Of a stretch of DNA of 64,000 nucleotides, positions 11,901-24,273 are shown one piece after another. The notes beneath the pieces were generated by a model. It made no database searches. It was not told the origin of the DNA and worked only from the letters and a program-made list of their open reading frames with translations. A program made the translations under genes and the position numbers. The DNA lies in assembly GCA_951406725.2 (NCBI GenBank), contig OX597815.1, positions 214,582,001 to 214,646,000 of the forward strand. The letters run 5' to 3'. How positions within the stretch are numbered: position 1 is the first letter of the stretch; each line of letters opens with the position of its first letter. This stretch comes from Octopus vulgaris. Its lineage: Eukaryota.

Positions 11901-12731
11901 CATGGAATGAATATAGATGAAATGTCTGCTCCATCAGGGCTGATCTTAGGATTAAGTACCCCCAACAGCAACCGTGTATCGTAAAACCAAGTGAGAGAAC
12001 ATCATAACAGGGGAATACATTTGAAACCATTAAAACCAGATAAATTATCCATCATGCTGTGTGTTACATTATATTACAATCATAACATATCTGACATGAA
12101 TAAAGAGGTGGAAGAGATTTGTACATTTATCTCCTCCATTAGAAGATCTCTCTCTCTCTCTCTCTCTCCTTATTTATCATCAAGATTATTGGTGGAATTA
12201 TCTATTATTTGATATTATCATCCAGTTGACAGATTTTTTTTAAACATTAGAAGCCAAAAAATAATAGAGGGATATCTATCAGCTAACTAAGGTCAGTGAA
12301 TTGTTTTTTCTTTTTCTTTTTTTTTTTGCTTAGCTCATCTTTCTACAACATCAACAGAAAACATATTACTTTTTTCACAGATGAAAGCTTATAATTTATT
12401 TTTTATTTTTATATATTTTTAATCACTGTATCTACCATGACCTAATCAATTTTTTTATCTCTATTTGTACTGCTATCTATTTTCTGTACTCTTATCTCTG
12501 TATTCATTCCCCATTCTCCTCTGTTTACTTGAGTTTGTACCATAATTAGTTGCTTGCTGTTATACACTTGCTAACTTGTACCATTTCACCTTTGATATTT
12601 AATATTTTAGAAATATCAATATCAATCCATTGGCTTTGGCTAGTTAGTTAGTATTGGTTGTTACAAAGGCAAATAAATGGACTAATTTCTACCATTATTT
12701 CATACAACTATCAAGGTGTAAGTGGCTACTA

Positions 12732-12933
12732 TATGAGGGGATGCTGAAAAGTTCCTGAGTTTAAGGGTTTTGTGAAAGGCGAGGCTGCAGGCCCAATCTT
12801 CCAAGCTCTTTTAGACGGCTTAGAAAAACTGAAGGACCACTGCAGTAAGTGTGTGAATCTGAGAGGGGAAATTAACTGATCCTCCTGTATTTTCTTTTAC
12901 CTAAAGCCAGAAACTTCTCAGCACTCCATCATA
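12732..12933 (+). mobile_element. Mariner-type MITE
   Basis: TIRs TA-TGAGGGGATGCTGAAAAGTTCCTG and CCAGAAACTTCTCAGCACTCCATCA-TA with TA at both ends. Confidence 0.8.
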
Positions 12934-13144
12934 GATCATCAAGAAAAAGTGGTAAGCCCCTACTAAGCAAAGCTTACAATCCAGGTTTGTTTCATAATGG
13001 TAACCCTCTCACTTTGGTTATGCTTCTATTGAGCTTGACTCAAACTTTTAACTCTTTACCTGTCCAAAGTAATTTCATGTTTTCCCTAAATGCCCATGTT
13101 TGTTTCTAGACTGTTAGATCTTGTTTCATACGTTTTAAGTAACA

Positions 13145-13360
13145 TATAAGGAGGCGCTAAAAAGTTCCTGGCTTTGAATAATGGAAAATACAGGAGGATC
13201 AATTAATTATGGTTTTATTCAACATATTCCCCTCTTATATTCATGCACTTGTTGAAGCAATCCTTCAGTTTTTCTAAGCCCTGTAAAAGAACTTGGAAGG
13301 TTGGGCCTCCAACCAAGCCTTTCACCCTTAAAGCCCGGAACTTTTCAGCAACCCTTCATA
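13145..13360 (-). mobile_element. Second copy of the same mariner-type MITE, inverted
   Basis: Same TIRs with TA ends; internal AATACAGGAGGATCAATTAATT is the reverse complement of the internal sequence of copy 1. Confidence 0.8.
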
Positions 13361-13409
13361 AAGCTTTATTTTCGTAAGTCCCAAGTTACTCAGCTACAAA
13401 AAAGTTGCC

Positions 13410-13645
13410 TTCTCATGTCATATCGACTCATAAGGGCCAGTTTCCTGGTTTCATAGCATATATATTCCCCACCTGAACAGGATACCAATCCATCACAAGA
13501 GACTACAGATTTTTGCCAGTTGAGTTGACTGGAGCAACATGAAACGAAGTGTTTTGCTCAAGAGCACATGTCACCTGGTCCAGGAATTGAAACCACAATC
13601 TTACAATCATGAGCCCAACACCCTAACCACTAAGGACATGCCTCC
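13410..13645 (-). mobile_element. tRNA-derived SINE related to family D
   Basis: Minus strand TTAGTGGTTAGG...GGTTTCAATTCC...GTGCTCTTGAGCAAAACACTT...GTTGCTCCAGT as in 55022-55357. Confidence 0.7.
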
Positions 13646-13733
13646 AGTTACTCAGGTGGCTGAAAAAGAATTGGGAATGCATATTATGTATGATGCATGG
13701 ACAATGGGGGGAATATGTCCTGTGTATTATATA

Positions 13734-14284
13734 CTAGACTACCGGTGACCCGTTAGGTCACTGACGGTTCAGTTTATAAAACATTGAAGCTAATTTCAAC
13801 ATTGCATTGAAATGAAAGTTAATTTTATGATGATTCAGTTAAATATTTCAATTCATTCTTGTCATCAAAGGTCTTGTTTACATGTTCGTGTTTAAAGTTT
13901 TATTGATTATTAAAAAGAAAATGAGGGCAAAAAGCACTCGTTTTTTCACAATGAAAAATCTTTCCTAGTAGCCAGAATTTTGCGACAAAATGTATGTTTA
14001 TTAATCACAATAGCCTGCAGTGCATGCCACTGGGCGTTAAAAGCCAATCGCACAAACATAGCGGGGCTCTGGGCCCCCTTGAATCAATAAAAAATCACTC
14101 TTTTTGCCATAGCAACCACATCGTTATAGCTTGCGAATCTTAACCATTGCGGGTCTCATCCTCACCACGCATTTAGTATCCCTACCAATTTTCAGCTCGA
14201 TCCTAGCCTCGGTTTGGCTGCCATTAACCGTCAAAGTAAAATGTGCAGACAATTTTCGTCCAAGATCTGTTTTATAGATATAGA
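13734..14284 (-). mobile_element. Non-autonomous Helitron
   Basis: Minus strand starts A|TCTATATCTATAAAA and ends with a GC-rich hairpin (13745-13767) then CTAG|T; no TSD. Confidence 0.8.
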
Positions 14285-15468
14285 TGATACACAGGACAGG
14301 CAAAGAGTTAAATTTGAAGCTTTTATCCTTAATGGGAAAATAACATTTAAGTGGTCAGTGTATGTTTGTGTGTGTTTATGTGTGAACATATCTGTGTGTA
14401 GAGAGACATAAATCAGTAGTTAAATATTGATGACTTTTTTAGATCATTAGCTATTCAAGTTAATTGAACATGGTCCCTAATCAATAATCAAATTATGATG
14501 CTTGCCATTGGAAGTGTTATATATTCATTAAAAAAAGTCTTCTATCCACTGAAATGTCATTGAAAAGGTTTGACTGTACTTGTTAGATATTACCAAGTCA
14601 TTCTGTGCTGCATCACTCTTCGAAATATTCTACATCGAATATTATATATACAGGCAAGCAAATGAGAGATTCTCTATGTGGCTGCTCAACATGTTAGAAA
14701 TAACAGCCAAATATTTCTCAAAATATACCACTGTTTAAAAAAATATAAATAAAGACATATTCAATAATACAGACCAAGAGACACTATGTGTGATGAAAAA
14801 TAAGACTGGATGGTCATAGCTGGAATGCTTTTGATCATTAGTTTGCTTGGTTAAAATTGACTTGGAGTTAAACAACAGCATATACAGACTCTCAATGAAT
14901 CAGGTAGCAATGTTTGGAATTTTTTTTTTTTGTACTGTGCATGCTTTCATACACACACACACACACACAACCACCACCACCACAACCACCACCACCACCA
15001 CCACAACCACACACACACACACACACACACTACCACTCACACACTACCACACGCACACACTAAATTACTGATCACTTGCTCAAATATGAAACCAAGCTCT
15101 ATAATCTTCAAAAGTCCAAGAAATCTTCCCAGATTCAATGTTTGCAACGTTCCAAGTTTGATATCTAAACCAGCAGAAACTTACTTCATGGTGCATTAAT
15201 AAAAATTTGAAAAATAAAGTAACGAAACCAGCCAAATATATGGTCAGTGAAGAGAGTTTATAAGGAAAAGAAAAAGAGGTCTTGGTAATGCAGTTGTCAC
15301 AATGTCAGTCTCTCAAAATGCAAACTTCTTTCAATGATCATCAGTTTATTTTTTCCCTTTCCTCTTCAGTTTCAGCCATTTCTTCCAACATATTCTCATT
15401 TTTTTTCCTCATGTAAAACCCCCCACCTAAAATTTTATAACTCAGCTCTCCTCATGGTACATGGACCT

Positions 15469-15858
15469 TTACTCTTTTACTTGTTTCAGTCATTTGACTG
15501 TGGCCATGCTGGAGCACCGCCTTTAATCAAGCAACTCGACCCCAGGACTTATTCTTTGTAAGCCCAGTACTTATTCTATCGGTCTTTTTTGCCGAACCAC
15601 TAAGTAACGGGGACATAAACACACCAGCATCGGTTATCAAGCAATGCTAGGGGGACAAACACAGACACACAAACACACACGCATATATATATATACGATG
15701 GGCTTCTTTCAGTTTCCGTCTACCAAATCCACTCACAAGGCATTGGTCGGCCCGAGGCTATAGTAGAGAACACTTGCTCAAGGTGCCATGCAGTGGGACT
15801 GAACCCGGAACCATGTGGTTGGTTTGCAAGCTACTTACCACACAACCACTCCTGCGCC
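15469..15858 (-). mobile_element. SINE family A, full length
   Basis: Complete head, CORE-like domain, internal microsatellite and (AAAGAGT) tail. Confidence 0.9.
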
Positions 15859-16048
15859 TATCTGTAATGAATATTAATTTCTGGGCACAAATTTATGGGA
15901 GCCATGGTAATGGGGGTACAATCAATTATATAGACCCTGGTACTTGACAGACGATCATTTTATTAACCCCAAGAGCAAAAATCTTTTTGGAGTATATCTA
16001 ACCTTTTAGCATTTAAACTGACCAAATCCATCCAAAATATTCTACATT

Positions 16049-16476
16049 GGCACAGGAGTGGCTGTGTGGTAAGTAGCTTGCTTATCAACCACATGGTTCT
16101 GGGTTCATTCCCACTGCGTGGCACCTTGGGCAAGTGTCTTCTACTATAGCCTCAGGCTGACCAAAGCCTTGTGAGTGGATTTGGTAGACAGAAACTGAAA
16201 GAAGCCCGTCGCATATATGTATTTATATATATATATGTATGTGTGTGTATATGTTTGTGAGTCTGTGTTTGTCCCCCCAACATCACTTGACAACTGATGG
16301 TGGTGTGTTTACGTCCCCGTAACTTAGCGGTTCGGCAAAAGAGACTAATAGAATAAGTACTAGGCTAACAAAGAATAAGTCCTGGGGTCGATTTGCTCAA
16401 CTAAAGGGGGTGCTCCAGCATGGCCGCAGTCAAATGACTGAAACAAGTAAAAGAGTAAAAGAGAGTAAAAAGAGTA
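16049..16476 (+). mobile_element. SINE family A, full length (reference copy)
   Basis: GGCACAGGAGTGGCTGTGTGGTAAG...GGTTCATTCCC...GGCACCTTGGGCAAGTGTCTT...AAAAGAGT tail; resembles Octopus OR-type CORE-SINEs from memory. Confidence 0.9.
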
Positions 16477-17242
16477 TAGTCTTTATGTTCAAATTGATCA
16501 AATCTAACTTCTCATGTCTCTACTCTTCAAAACCATTCTAAAAGTATTCAATCACAGTTTTGTAATATTGAAGCTACAAGTTAATGCCTGGTTAACTCAA
16601 AACAATCATCATCATCAGTTAACGTCCACTCCCCATGCTGACATGGGTTAGACAGTTTGGAGCTGATAAGCTGGAGAGCTGCACCGGGTTCCAGTCTGAT
16701 TTGGCATGGTTTCTACAGTTGGATGCCCTTCCTAATGCCATGTGAGTAAATAAGCAATAAACTGGACAAAGAAATCTGAATGCTAAAGGATTCAACTTCG
16801 AGATGCAACAAAAGTCAAAGTCACTTTGTCTGATGCTCCATCAATTCTGGCAACACTGATATGAGTGGTCACTAGTTTCTATGGACTTTACCAATTCTAA
16901 CAATGCTGACATTACTGCATTTACCTATGTATAAGTCACATAATTTTATACATAAGCTCCTTACCACAATTTATAAATATTATTATTTATTTGCTTGCTT
17001 TTCTTTTTTCTTTTTAAAAGCCATTATTTTATTCAATTCTGAATTGAGTAAATTCTCAGGTAGAGTCATAAAGGCTTGTAAATGACATTCTTTAGTTTTT
17101 TTTAGTCTTGTTTAATGGACACGGCACCTGAAGGACTGGATACAACCCAGAAACTCCTTAAACCAAATTAGGAATATAAATAAGCTTTTATCACACTATG
17201 CTAACAAGACTTTATACACACACACACACACACACACACTTG

Positions 17243-17283
<41 letters not shown>

Positions 17284-17847
17284 TATTGTAGCAGAAATAA
17301 AGATTTCTTATATTGGCATTAGGCCACAGATTTTGGGGAAGATGGAAGAATTTGATTAAATCAACCCTGGTACTTAACTAGTATTTATTTTATCAACCCT
17401 GGAATGATGAAAGGTAAAGTCAACATAGGCGAGTTTTCAACTCAAGAACATAAAGAGGCGTAACTAAATACTGCAAGGATTCTTGTCTGTCACTCTACCA
17501 GTTCTACCATTTATTGCCATTATTGTGGCAGAAATAATGCTACTTGGCAATATTAATGGTTCTCATTTCATGAGCTAAAGAGAGAGATGAAAGGAATTAT
17601 GAGATTTGGCAGTTGTTGGAAATGAGGACCACAAGGTGCAGAAGTATACCTCATAAAGAAACTTATGGGATCCTCACTGTAGGGGCCCTGTTTTGATAAG
17701 AAGCAGTTTCTTCACTTATCTAATTGCTATCAGTGGCTGTGTATGATGGTTCGTTAACATCATGTCACCTTCATTATCTTTTGTGATTTCAAGAATAGTG
17801 AAAATTGCTGTTGTATATGTTTGTAAGGCTGTATGATCATTCATTTA

Positions 17848-18050
17848 TTCTTTAACTTGTTTCAGTCATTTGACTACGGCCATGCTGGAGCATTGCCTTG
17901 AAGGGTTTTCGGTCAAACAAATTAACCCCACAACTTATTTTTTAAGCCTAGTACTTATTCTATTAGTCTCTTTTGCCACACCACTAAGTTATAGGGATGT
18001 AAACATACCAACTCTGACTGTCAAACAGTGATGGAGGGACAAACGCATAA

Positions 18051-18085
<35 letters not shown>

Positions 18086-18243
18086 ATGGGCTTCTTTCAG
18101 TTTCCGATTACCACATCCACTCACAAAGCTCTGGTCAGCCTGAGGTTATAGTGGAAGACACTTGCTTAAGGTGCCATGCAGTGGGACTGAACCCGGAACC
18201 ATGTGGTTAAAAAGCAAGCTCCTTGCCACACAGCCACTCCTAC
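17848..18243 (-). mobile_element. SINE family A, full length
   Basis: Reverse complement of the reference copy. Confidence 0.85.
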
Positions 18244-18477
18244 ATTTAATTATGTATGTATTTGTGTTTATGTGTGTATCATTTTAAATCTGGTGTTTGG
18301 TAAACCTGCTTCATCAATTTAGTTTCTTTAGCTCAATTATCCTTATTTATTATAGGATAATCAACTCATCTGTCAGTTTAAAAGATCCAAAGCAATTACA
18401 CTAGGATTTAAAACAGTAAAATATTAAGCTATCAAAGTGCTCATCAGTTATGAAAACTACTTACTATTCACTAGCCA

Positions 18478-18735
18478 ATCATCATCATCATCATCATCCT
18501 TTATCATCTGTTTTCCATGCTGGCATGGGTTGGGCAGTTTGACCAAACCTGACATGCCAGAGAGCTTGGTTTCTGTAGCTGGATGCCCTTCCTAATGCCA
18601 GCCACTCTACAGAGTATGCTTTTTATGTGGCACCGGCATAAGTGCTTAGATGTGGCACTGGCACAGGTACTATTTTGTGGCACTAGCACAGATGCCTTTT
18701 ATGTGGTGCTGGCATAGGGCTCTTGCAGGCCAATC
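18478..18735 (-). mobile_element. RTE LINE 3' UTR fragment
   Basis: (CAT)n then TTTTCCATGCTGGCATGGGTTGG...GCTGGATGCCCTTCCTAATGCCA as at 47676-47830. Confidence 0.75.
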
Positions 18736-19362
18736 CTCTTCAGCAGGGATAAGAACCCTTCAGCAAGGATAGGAACCCATTATATTCCTATTGAAATGTA
18801 TTGCATTTGTTTATATTAGTTTTGAAAATAATGATGTCAGTAAAACTTAGTCATTATTAAGCAAGTGTTTAGAACATAAATGAAGAAGAAATTTTGAAGA
18901 GAAATTTTCATTTAGATCATGTTAAATATGAAATTTCTATCATAGAACCAGAGGCAATCTCTGGTGGATTGGTATCAAAAGGGTTGAAAGGTCAAATATT
19001 ATATATCTACAGTTTCCAGGGCATTAGATTGGCAAATTCATTAGAGCAATGGACAAAATTTCCCCTGCCACCCGCACTGACATCCAAATTCCTCACAGGT
19101 CCATTCAGGACAGGATTAACTGGTTGCAGGACATTTAAGTTAGATACTCTCACCCACCCTTGCTACATGGTTCTCACCATCTAGTTAGGTGTGGTCCATT
19201 ATTGTGAGTTTTCTTTGCTCCCATAAGTATTGTTTGTATAACAATATACACATTCTTATGCATTCATTGTGACTTTACCTTTCCTCTTGTCTTTTTATAA
19301 CTTTGTGTTGTCTCTCTCCATTGTGTTTTATGACAGCCATGTTCTAATATTTTATGATATGT

Positions 19363-20045
19363 AGGTGCAGGCATGGCTATATGGTTCAGAAGATTGTTTT
19401 CCAACCATGTGATCTTTGGTTCAGTCCCATTGCACATCACTTTGGGCAAATATTTTTTTATTATAGTACCATGCTAACCAAAGCCTTGTCAGGGGATTCA
19501 GTAGATAGAAACTCAAAGAAGAGGCAAGATGGCAGAAACGTTAGCATGCCGGGCGAAATGCTTAGCGGTATTTCGTCTGCCATTACGATCTGCGTTCAAA
19601 TTCCGCCGACGTCGACTTTGCATTTCATCCTTTCAGGGTCAATAAATTAAGTACCAGTTACGCACTGGGGTTGATGTAATCGACTTAATCTGTTTGTGTG
19701 TCTTTGTTTGTCCTCTCTATGTTTAGCCCCTCATGGGAAGTAAAGAAATAAGAAACTCAAAGAAGCCTATCACACACACACACACGTGTGCATGTACATG
19801 TGTGTGAACATGTGTGTGTGTTTGTGTCCCCTTGTCTTGATATGGCTGTAAACAACCATTGCCATCACACAAATGATGTTCATTTCGAGATTCCATGAAA
19901 AGCATAACTATGAGGAAATATTTCCTTGCTAGAAGCAGGTGAGGGTTGGTGTTAGGAAGGGCATCTGGCTGTAAAAAATCTGCCTCAACGAATTCCATCT
20001 GACCTATGCAAGCACTGAGAACTAAACATTAAATAATGATGATGG
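19363..20045 (+). mobile_element. SINE family C interrupted by a family B SINE
   Basis: Family A-type head, RTE-like tail ending (ATG)n; nested insertion at 19522-19750. Confidence 0.75.
19522..19750 (+). mobile_element. SINE family B with a 15-bp target-site duplication
   Basis: AGAAACTCAAAGAAG at 19507-19521 and 19751-19765. Confidence 0.9.
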
Positions 20046-20236
20046 TGGTATTTGAAGCTTCGATGTTGCTACTCTGTTTTGTATTTCCATTGTTCACCAC
20101 AGGGCAAAACACAAATTGGAAAGTTAGAGTAGCAAGAGAAACAAGTCTCTTTGAATATTAGAAGAAATTCTACTACATGTTTTGAGGACTTTTTTTTTCA
20201 CCTGTTTATCAATATCTCTTACCATATTCTTACACT

Positions 20237-20439
20237 TACCATATTCTCTGGCATACAAGTCAATGTAGTATAGAGTGTAATCATGTGTAAACATTCAAAC
20301 ACTATCACTATCTTTCCAATCTTGTTGCCTTTCACAAAATTTTTGGTCCTCCAAAGTCGTGGTGTATAGGTTGATCTCTCCTTTTTTGGCAGTAAATTTT
20401 GGTCTGAAAAATTTTACTTGTATGCTGGAAAATATGATA
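20237..20439. mobile_element. pogo/Tigger-type MITE
   Basis: TIRs TACCATATTCTCTGGCATACAAGT and ACTTGTATGCTGGAAAATATGATA with TA ends; related copy at about 59900-60097. Confidence 0.7.
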
Positions 20440-21228
20440 AGTACACACAGACAGACACACACACATAAATGCACACCCCACACATACACAATTGTGCTCA
20501 CCAGTCTAGAATAATGGCAAAAATATGACTCTTAATGCAAATGAAACATAGCTCTGGCGGACAGCATAGATAATTGTTGTGTAGAAATATTATATTTCTA
20601 TTATATGCCCTTTGATCTCACCAATTAAAAATGAACTATAGTTGCTCCCTTATGTGTCATAAAACCACAGCTAATCACTTGGGTGTGGCTTGTGCCAAGA
20701 ATTTAGTTCTTTGAAAAACAAACAAACAAATAAACGTCTGCAGAGCTCTGAAAGTTGGCAAAGATTTTTATTGGGGGGTCCTGTGTGGCATATTTGGCAT
20801 CGGAGGAAGTTCAAATCAACTAATTACAGGAATGAGGAGATGTGCAAGAAATATATTATTTTGACATGAGGCCAATTACTTTTAAATATGGTGACTTGAT
20901 GTATTTTGATAAGGTCACATCTGAAAAGGAAAAATATAGCGATTGATCATGTGATGTGGTGTTTAAGGATTTGTCCAGAATAGACATGATGTGAATTCAA
21001 TTGACACCTGGTTCATTCATTATTTTCCTTTTTATTTAATTTTATATTTGTTTCTGCTTCTGTATTTCTTATTGCTATCAGTGTGTGTGTGTTTATTTGT
21101 GTGTGTATGCAGTATGGTTTTAATTGCCAAGTAATTTAGGTACTTGTGTGCACATATAACTTAATATCATGCATACATACACCTTACAAATATTCATGTA
21201 TACATGTATATATACATATATATATATA

Positions 21229-21408
21229 TCGTTTGTGATTTTCTTTCTCCGTCTTCCCTTCTTTGGACATTTTCTATATTTCTGATGAAGAGCTCCGCTT
21301 GAAACATGAAATCCTCTTTCTTTTCTTTCCTTTCCTGAGCGTCCAATAACACTGTACTTATTCTACGTCCTCGCGTTATTGTTTTTTCTTGTTTGTTCAT
21401 GTTTGGAT

Positions 21409-21411
<3 letters not shown>
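21229..21411 (+). mobile_element. Short Penelope-like element with decayed hammerhead core
   Basis: ATTT-CTGATGA-A-GAGC-TCC-GCTT-GAAA-CATG-AAAT at 21278-21312; homolog of 3630-3810; flanked by (TA)n. Confidence 0.7.
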
Positions 21412-21457
<46 letters not shown>

Positions 21458-21588
21458 TGTGGATAATTTTATCTATAAAGGTAATTTTAACATACCGATC
21501 TACTTGGTAAAATTGTTAATTAATTGATAAATTAATTAATTAATTTGATTAATAAATTTTACCCTTCTATTATTAATATATATATATA

Positions 21589-22207
21589 TGGTTTCGTGCC
21601 AGGGAAATGCACCACTGATGCCATATTTCTGGTGAGACAGCTGCAGGAGAAATACCTAGCCAAAGATAAGCCCCTGTACCTGGCTTTCGTTGAGATGGAG
21701 AAAGCCTTCAACAGGGTCCCCCGATCCCTTATCTGGTGGTCAATGAGGAAACTAGGGATAGATGAATGGCTGGTGAGAGCTGTGCAAGCCATGTACAGGG
21801 ATGCTGTAAGTAAGGTTAGGGTTGACAACGTGTACACTGAAGAATTCAAGGTAGAGGTTGGGGTCCACCAGGTTTCAGACAAATGCCTTCAGGTAGATGG
21901 CCCTGCTCGATCTGTAGAAAAGGCGTAGGTAGAAAATCTATAAGATGCACCAAATGTAAGCTATGGACACATAAGAAATGTAGTAATGTCAAAGGAAGAC
22001 TAACTAGGAAAATAGTTTTTATCTGTGGCAGATGCTCAGGAGCAATACACTCTGAAAATATGCAGAGACCAACTTCTACCACGTTCCAGGGAGAAAAACT
22101 AGAAGTAGTTGATAGCTTCCGTTATCTAGGTGACCAAGTCAGATCCCTGTCGCACCGTCCAACCCGTGCTAGCATGGAGAACGGACGTTAAATGATGATG
22201 ATGATGA
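21589..22207 (+). pseudogene. Internally deleted RTE-clade LINE: RT N-terminal motifs + Cys/His finger + 3' tail
   Basis: GFVPGKCTTDAIFLVRQLQEKY...AFVEMEKAFNRVPR...GVHQ (RT), then WPCSICRKGVG...CTKCKLWTHKKCS...FICGRC...FRYLGD, then 3' UTR and (GAT)n. Confidence 0.9.
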
Positions 22208-23246
22208 AGATACTTAAACTTCAATTGAAGTTCAGCACTTTACATTCAGGTTTATGCATCAACCATGTTAATCTCTTCGGTCTCAGAGAACCTGCAATAA
22301 GTCACATACATCAACCATATTAATCTCTTTAGTCTAGGAGGACCTCTAAAGGTCATGGGCACCATTTGTCCTCCCCTATCACTTGAGTTTTCAAGATGGC
22401 ATACAATTTCTGCCCATTTCAATTAAAAGAATTAGTAATGAAAAAAAAAAGGGTTTACCTCTTTTAGGAGTTGCATAACCGCTTGTTGTACGGATTCCTC
22501 CATTTCCATAATTTGGTGTATGTGTGTATTTTCTTCACAATACATTGCACACACAAGAATCAGCTGCAGGAAAGAAACCAATTCTTTCAAGCTGCTAGTT
22601 TCAGCTAAACGAGAAAGAAAGAAATCATCTACTTTGCATTCATTAACAATTGAACAATTAAACTGAAATTCATAATCGTTAATTAATAATCATGAATCAG
22701 GAAGCTCATAGATATGGGAAGCCAATTACTGCCCACATAAGGACATTTTTATAAACCCTTTTCTAAGATTTCAATAATTTTAGAATTTCTAGCAATAAAA
22801 TAGCACCAAACATCTTGGAATTATTTGACAAATACAAATGTGAAGAATGGAGAATTCACTGGCAACTCTCTGATAAAATAATAGAATAGTTCTAAGTATT
22901 TTCAAAGGAAGTTTGTTTTTAATATTAATACCATGTTGAAGGTAATTACAACTTGGTAATTACACCCTGAAAGTATTACTATCTTTTTATTAATCCATCC
23001 TCCCTGACATCCTACACTATTAAATATTTTTCTGGCCAGTGAAACCATCATCATCATCATACACACACACACACGTATTAATACCCATCATGCAGTATTC
23101 TGGATGAGTGTCTTCTAATATAGACTTGCACTGATTAAAGTCTTTTGGGTAAATTTGGTTGACAGAAGCTAAAAGGTGCCCATCATGTCTCTGAGTGTGT
23201 ATGTGTGAGTTTTCCCTTGTCCTGCCATCACATGATGGTTCTGAGC

Positions 23247-24084
23247 CCATAGTTCTCAACCAGGGTCCATATGGATCCTGGGAGTCATATATGGTTTTTG
23301 AGAAGCCACACAAACAAAAAAAGTAAATTGGGGACCCACAGAGTTGCATTTTGAAGGTTCAGGAAAAGATTTGGCTTCAGATGGATTTATTGCAAGAAAC
23401 AGGAATGTTTCTTCCTCAATGTTTTATGTTGTTTAACATGTTTCTAGCCACAGAAACCTGTCTCTCAGTGAGTGCTATTGCAAATCTACACAGATCTATA
23501 GGCTTAGGACTGGCTGTGTGGTAAGTAGCTTGCTAATGAACCACATGGTTCAGAGTTCAGTCCCACTGCGTGGCACCTCGGGCAAGTGTCTTCTACTATA
23601 GCCTCAGGCCGACGAAAGCCTTGTGAGTGGATTTGGTAGACAGAAAACTGAAAGAAGCCCATCGTATATATGTATATATATATATATATATGGATATATA
23701 TATATATGTATGTGTGTATATGTGTGTCTGTGTTTGTCTCCCCACCATCACTTAACAACTGATGCTGGTGTATTTATGTCCCTGTAACTTAGCAGTTCGG
23801 CAAAAGAGACCGATAGAATAAGTACTAGGCTTACAAAGAATAAGTCCTGGGGTTGATTTGCTCGACTAAAGGTGGTGCTCTTGCATGGCCACAGTCAAAT
23901 GACTGAAGCAAGTAAAAGAGTAAGTGAATATATGAAAAACCAAATAGGAATCTTGAAAGATGTATCTATAAAACTAGTTTTTAAATGTCGTATGGCTCAT
24001 GGGGTCCACCAAAATAAAGTAGTACGCAAAGGGATCCATAGGTAACAAAAAAAAAGAAGAAGAAAAAATGGCTGAGAACCACTG
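23247..24084. mobile_element. hAT/Charlie-like MITE interrupted by a SINE
   Basis: Ends CCATAGTTCTCAACC and GGCTGAGAACCACTG (CAGTGGTTCTCAACC-type TIR); 8-bp TSD not clearly preserved. Confidence 0.6.
23501..23921 (+). mobile_element. SINE family A, full length
   Basis: Close match to the reference copy. Confidence 0.9.
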
Positions 24085-24273
24085 TCTAAATGAATGCCAC
24101 TGATACAATTGAGGGTTTGCAATAGGAAGAGCCATACAGCCCTAGAAAATCTGTCTGCTTCAATGAGTTCCTTTCAAGAGTAGGAGAGAAAAATAATGCA
24201 GTAGATTAATGCAAGCCATTAATTCATCATAATCATCATCATCACCATCATCATTTAACGTCTGCCTTCCATG

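Noticed and set aside
12380-12396. 17-mer GATGAAAGCTTATAATT repeated at 60123-60139
   Set aside because: A rough estimate suggests one such match is expected by chance in 64 kb of AT-rich DNA; the CTGATGA at 60121 has no stem II or GAAA partner.
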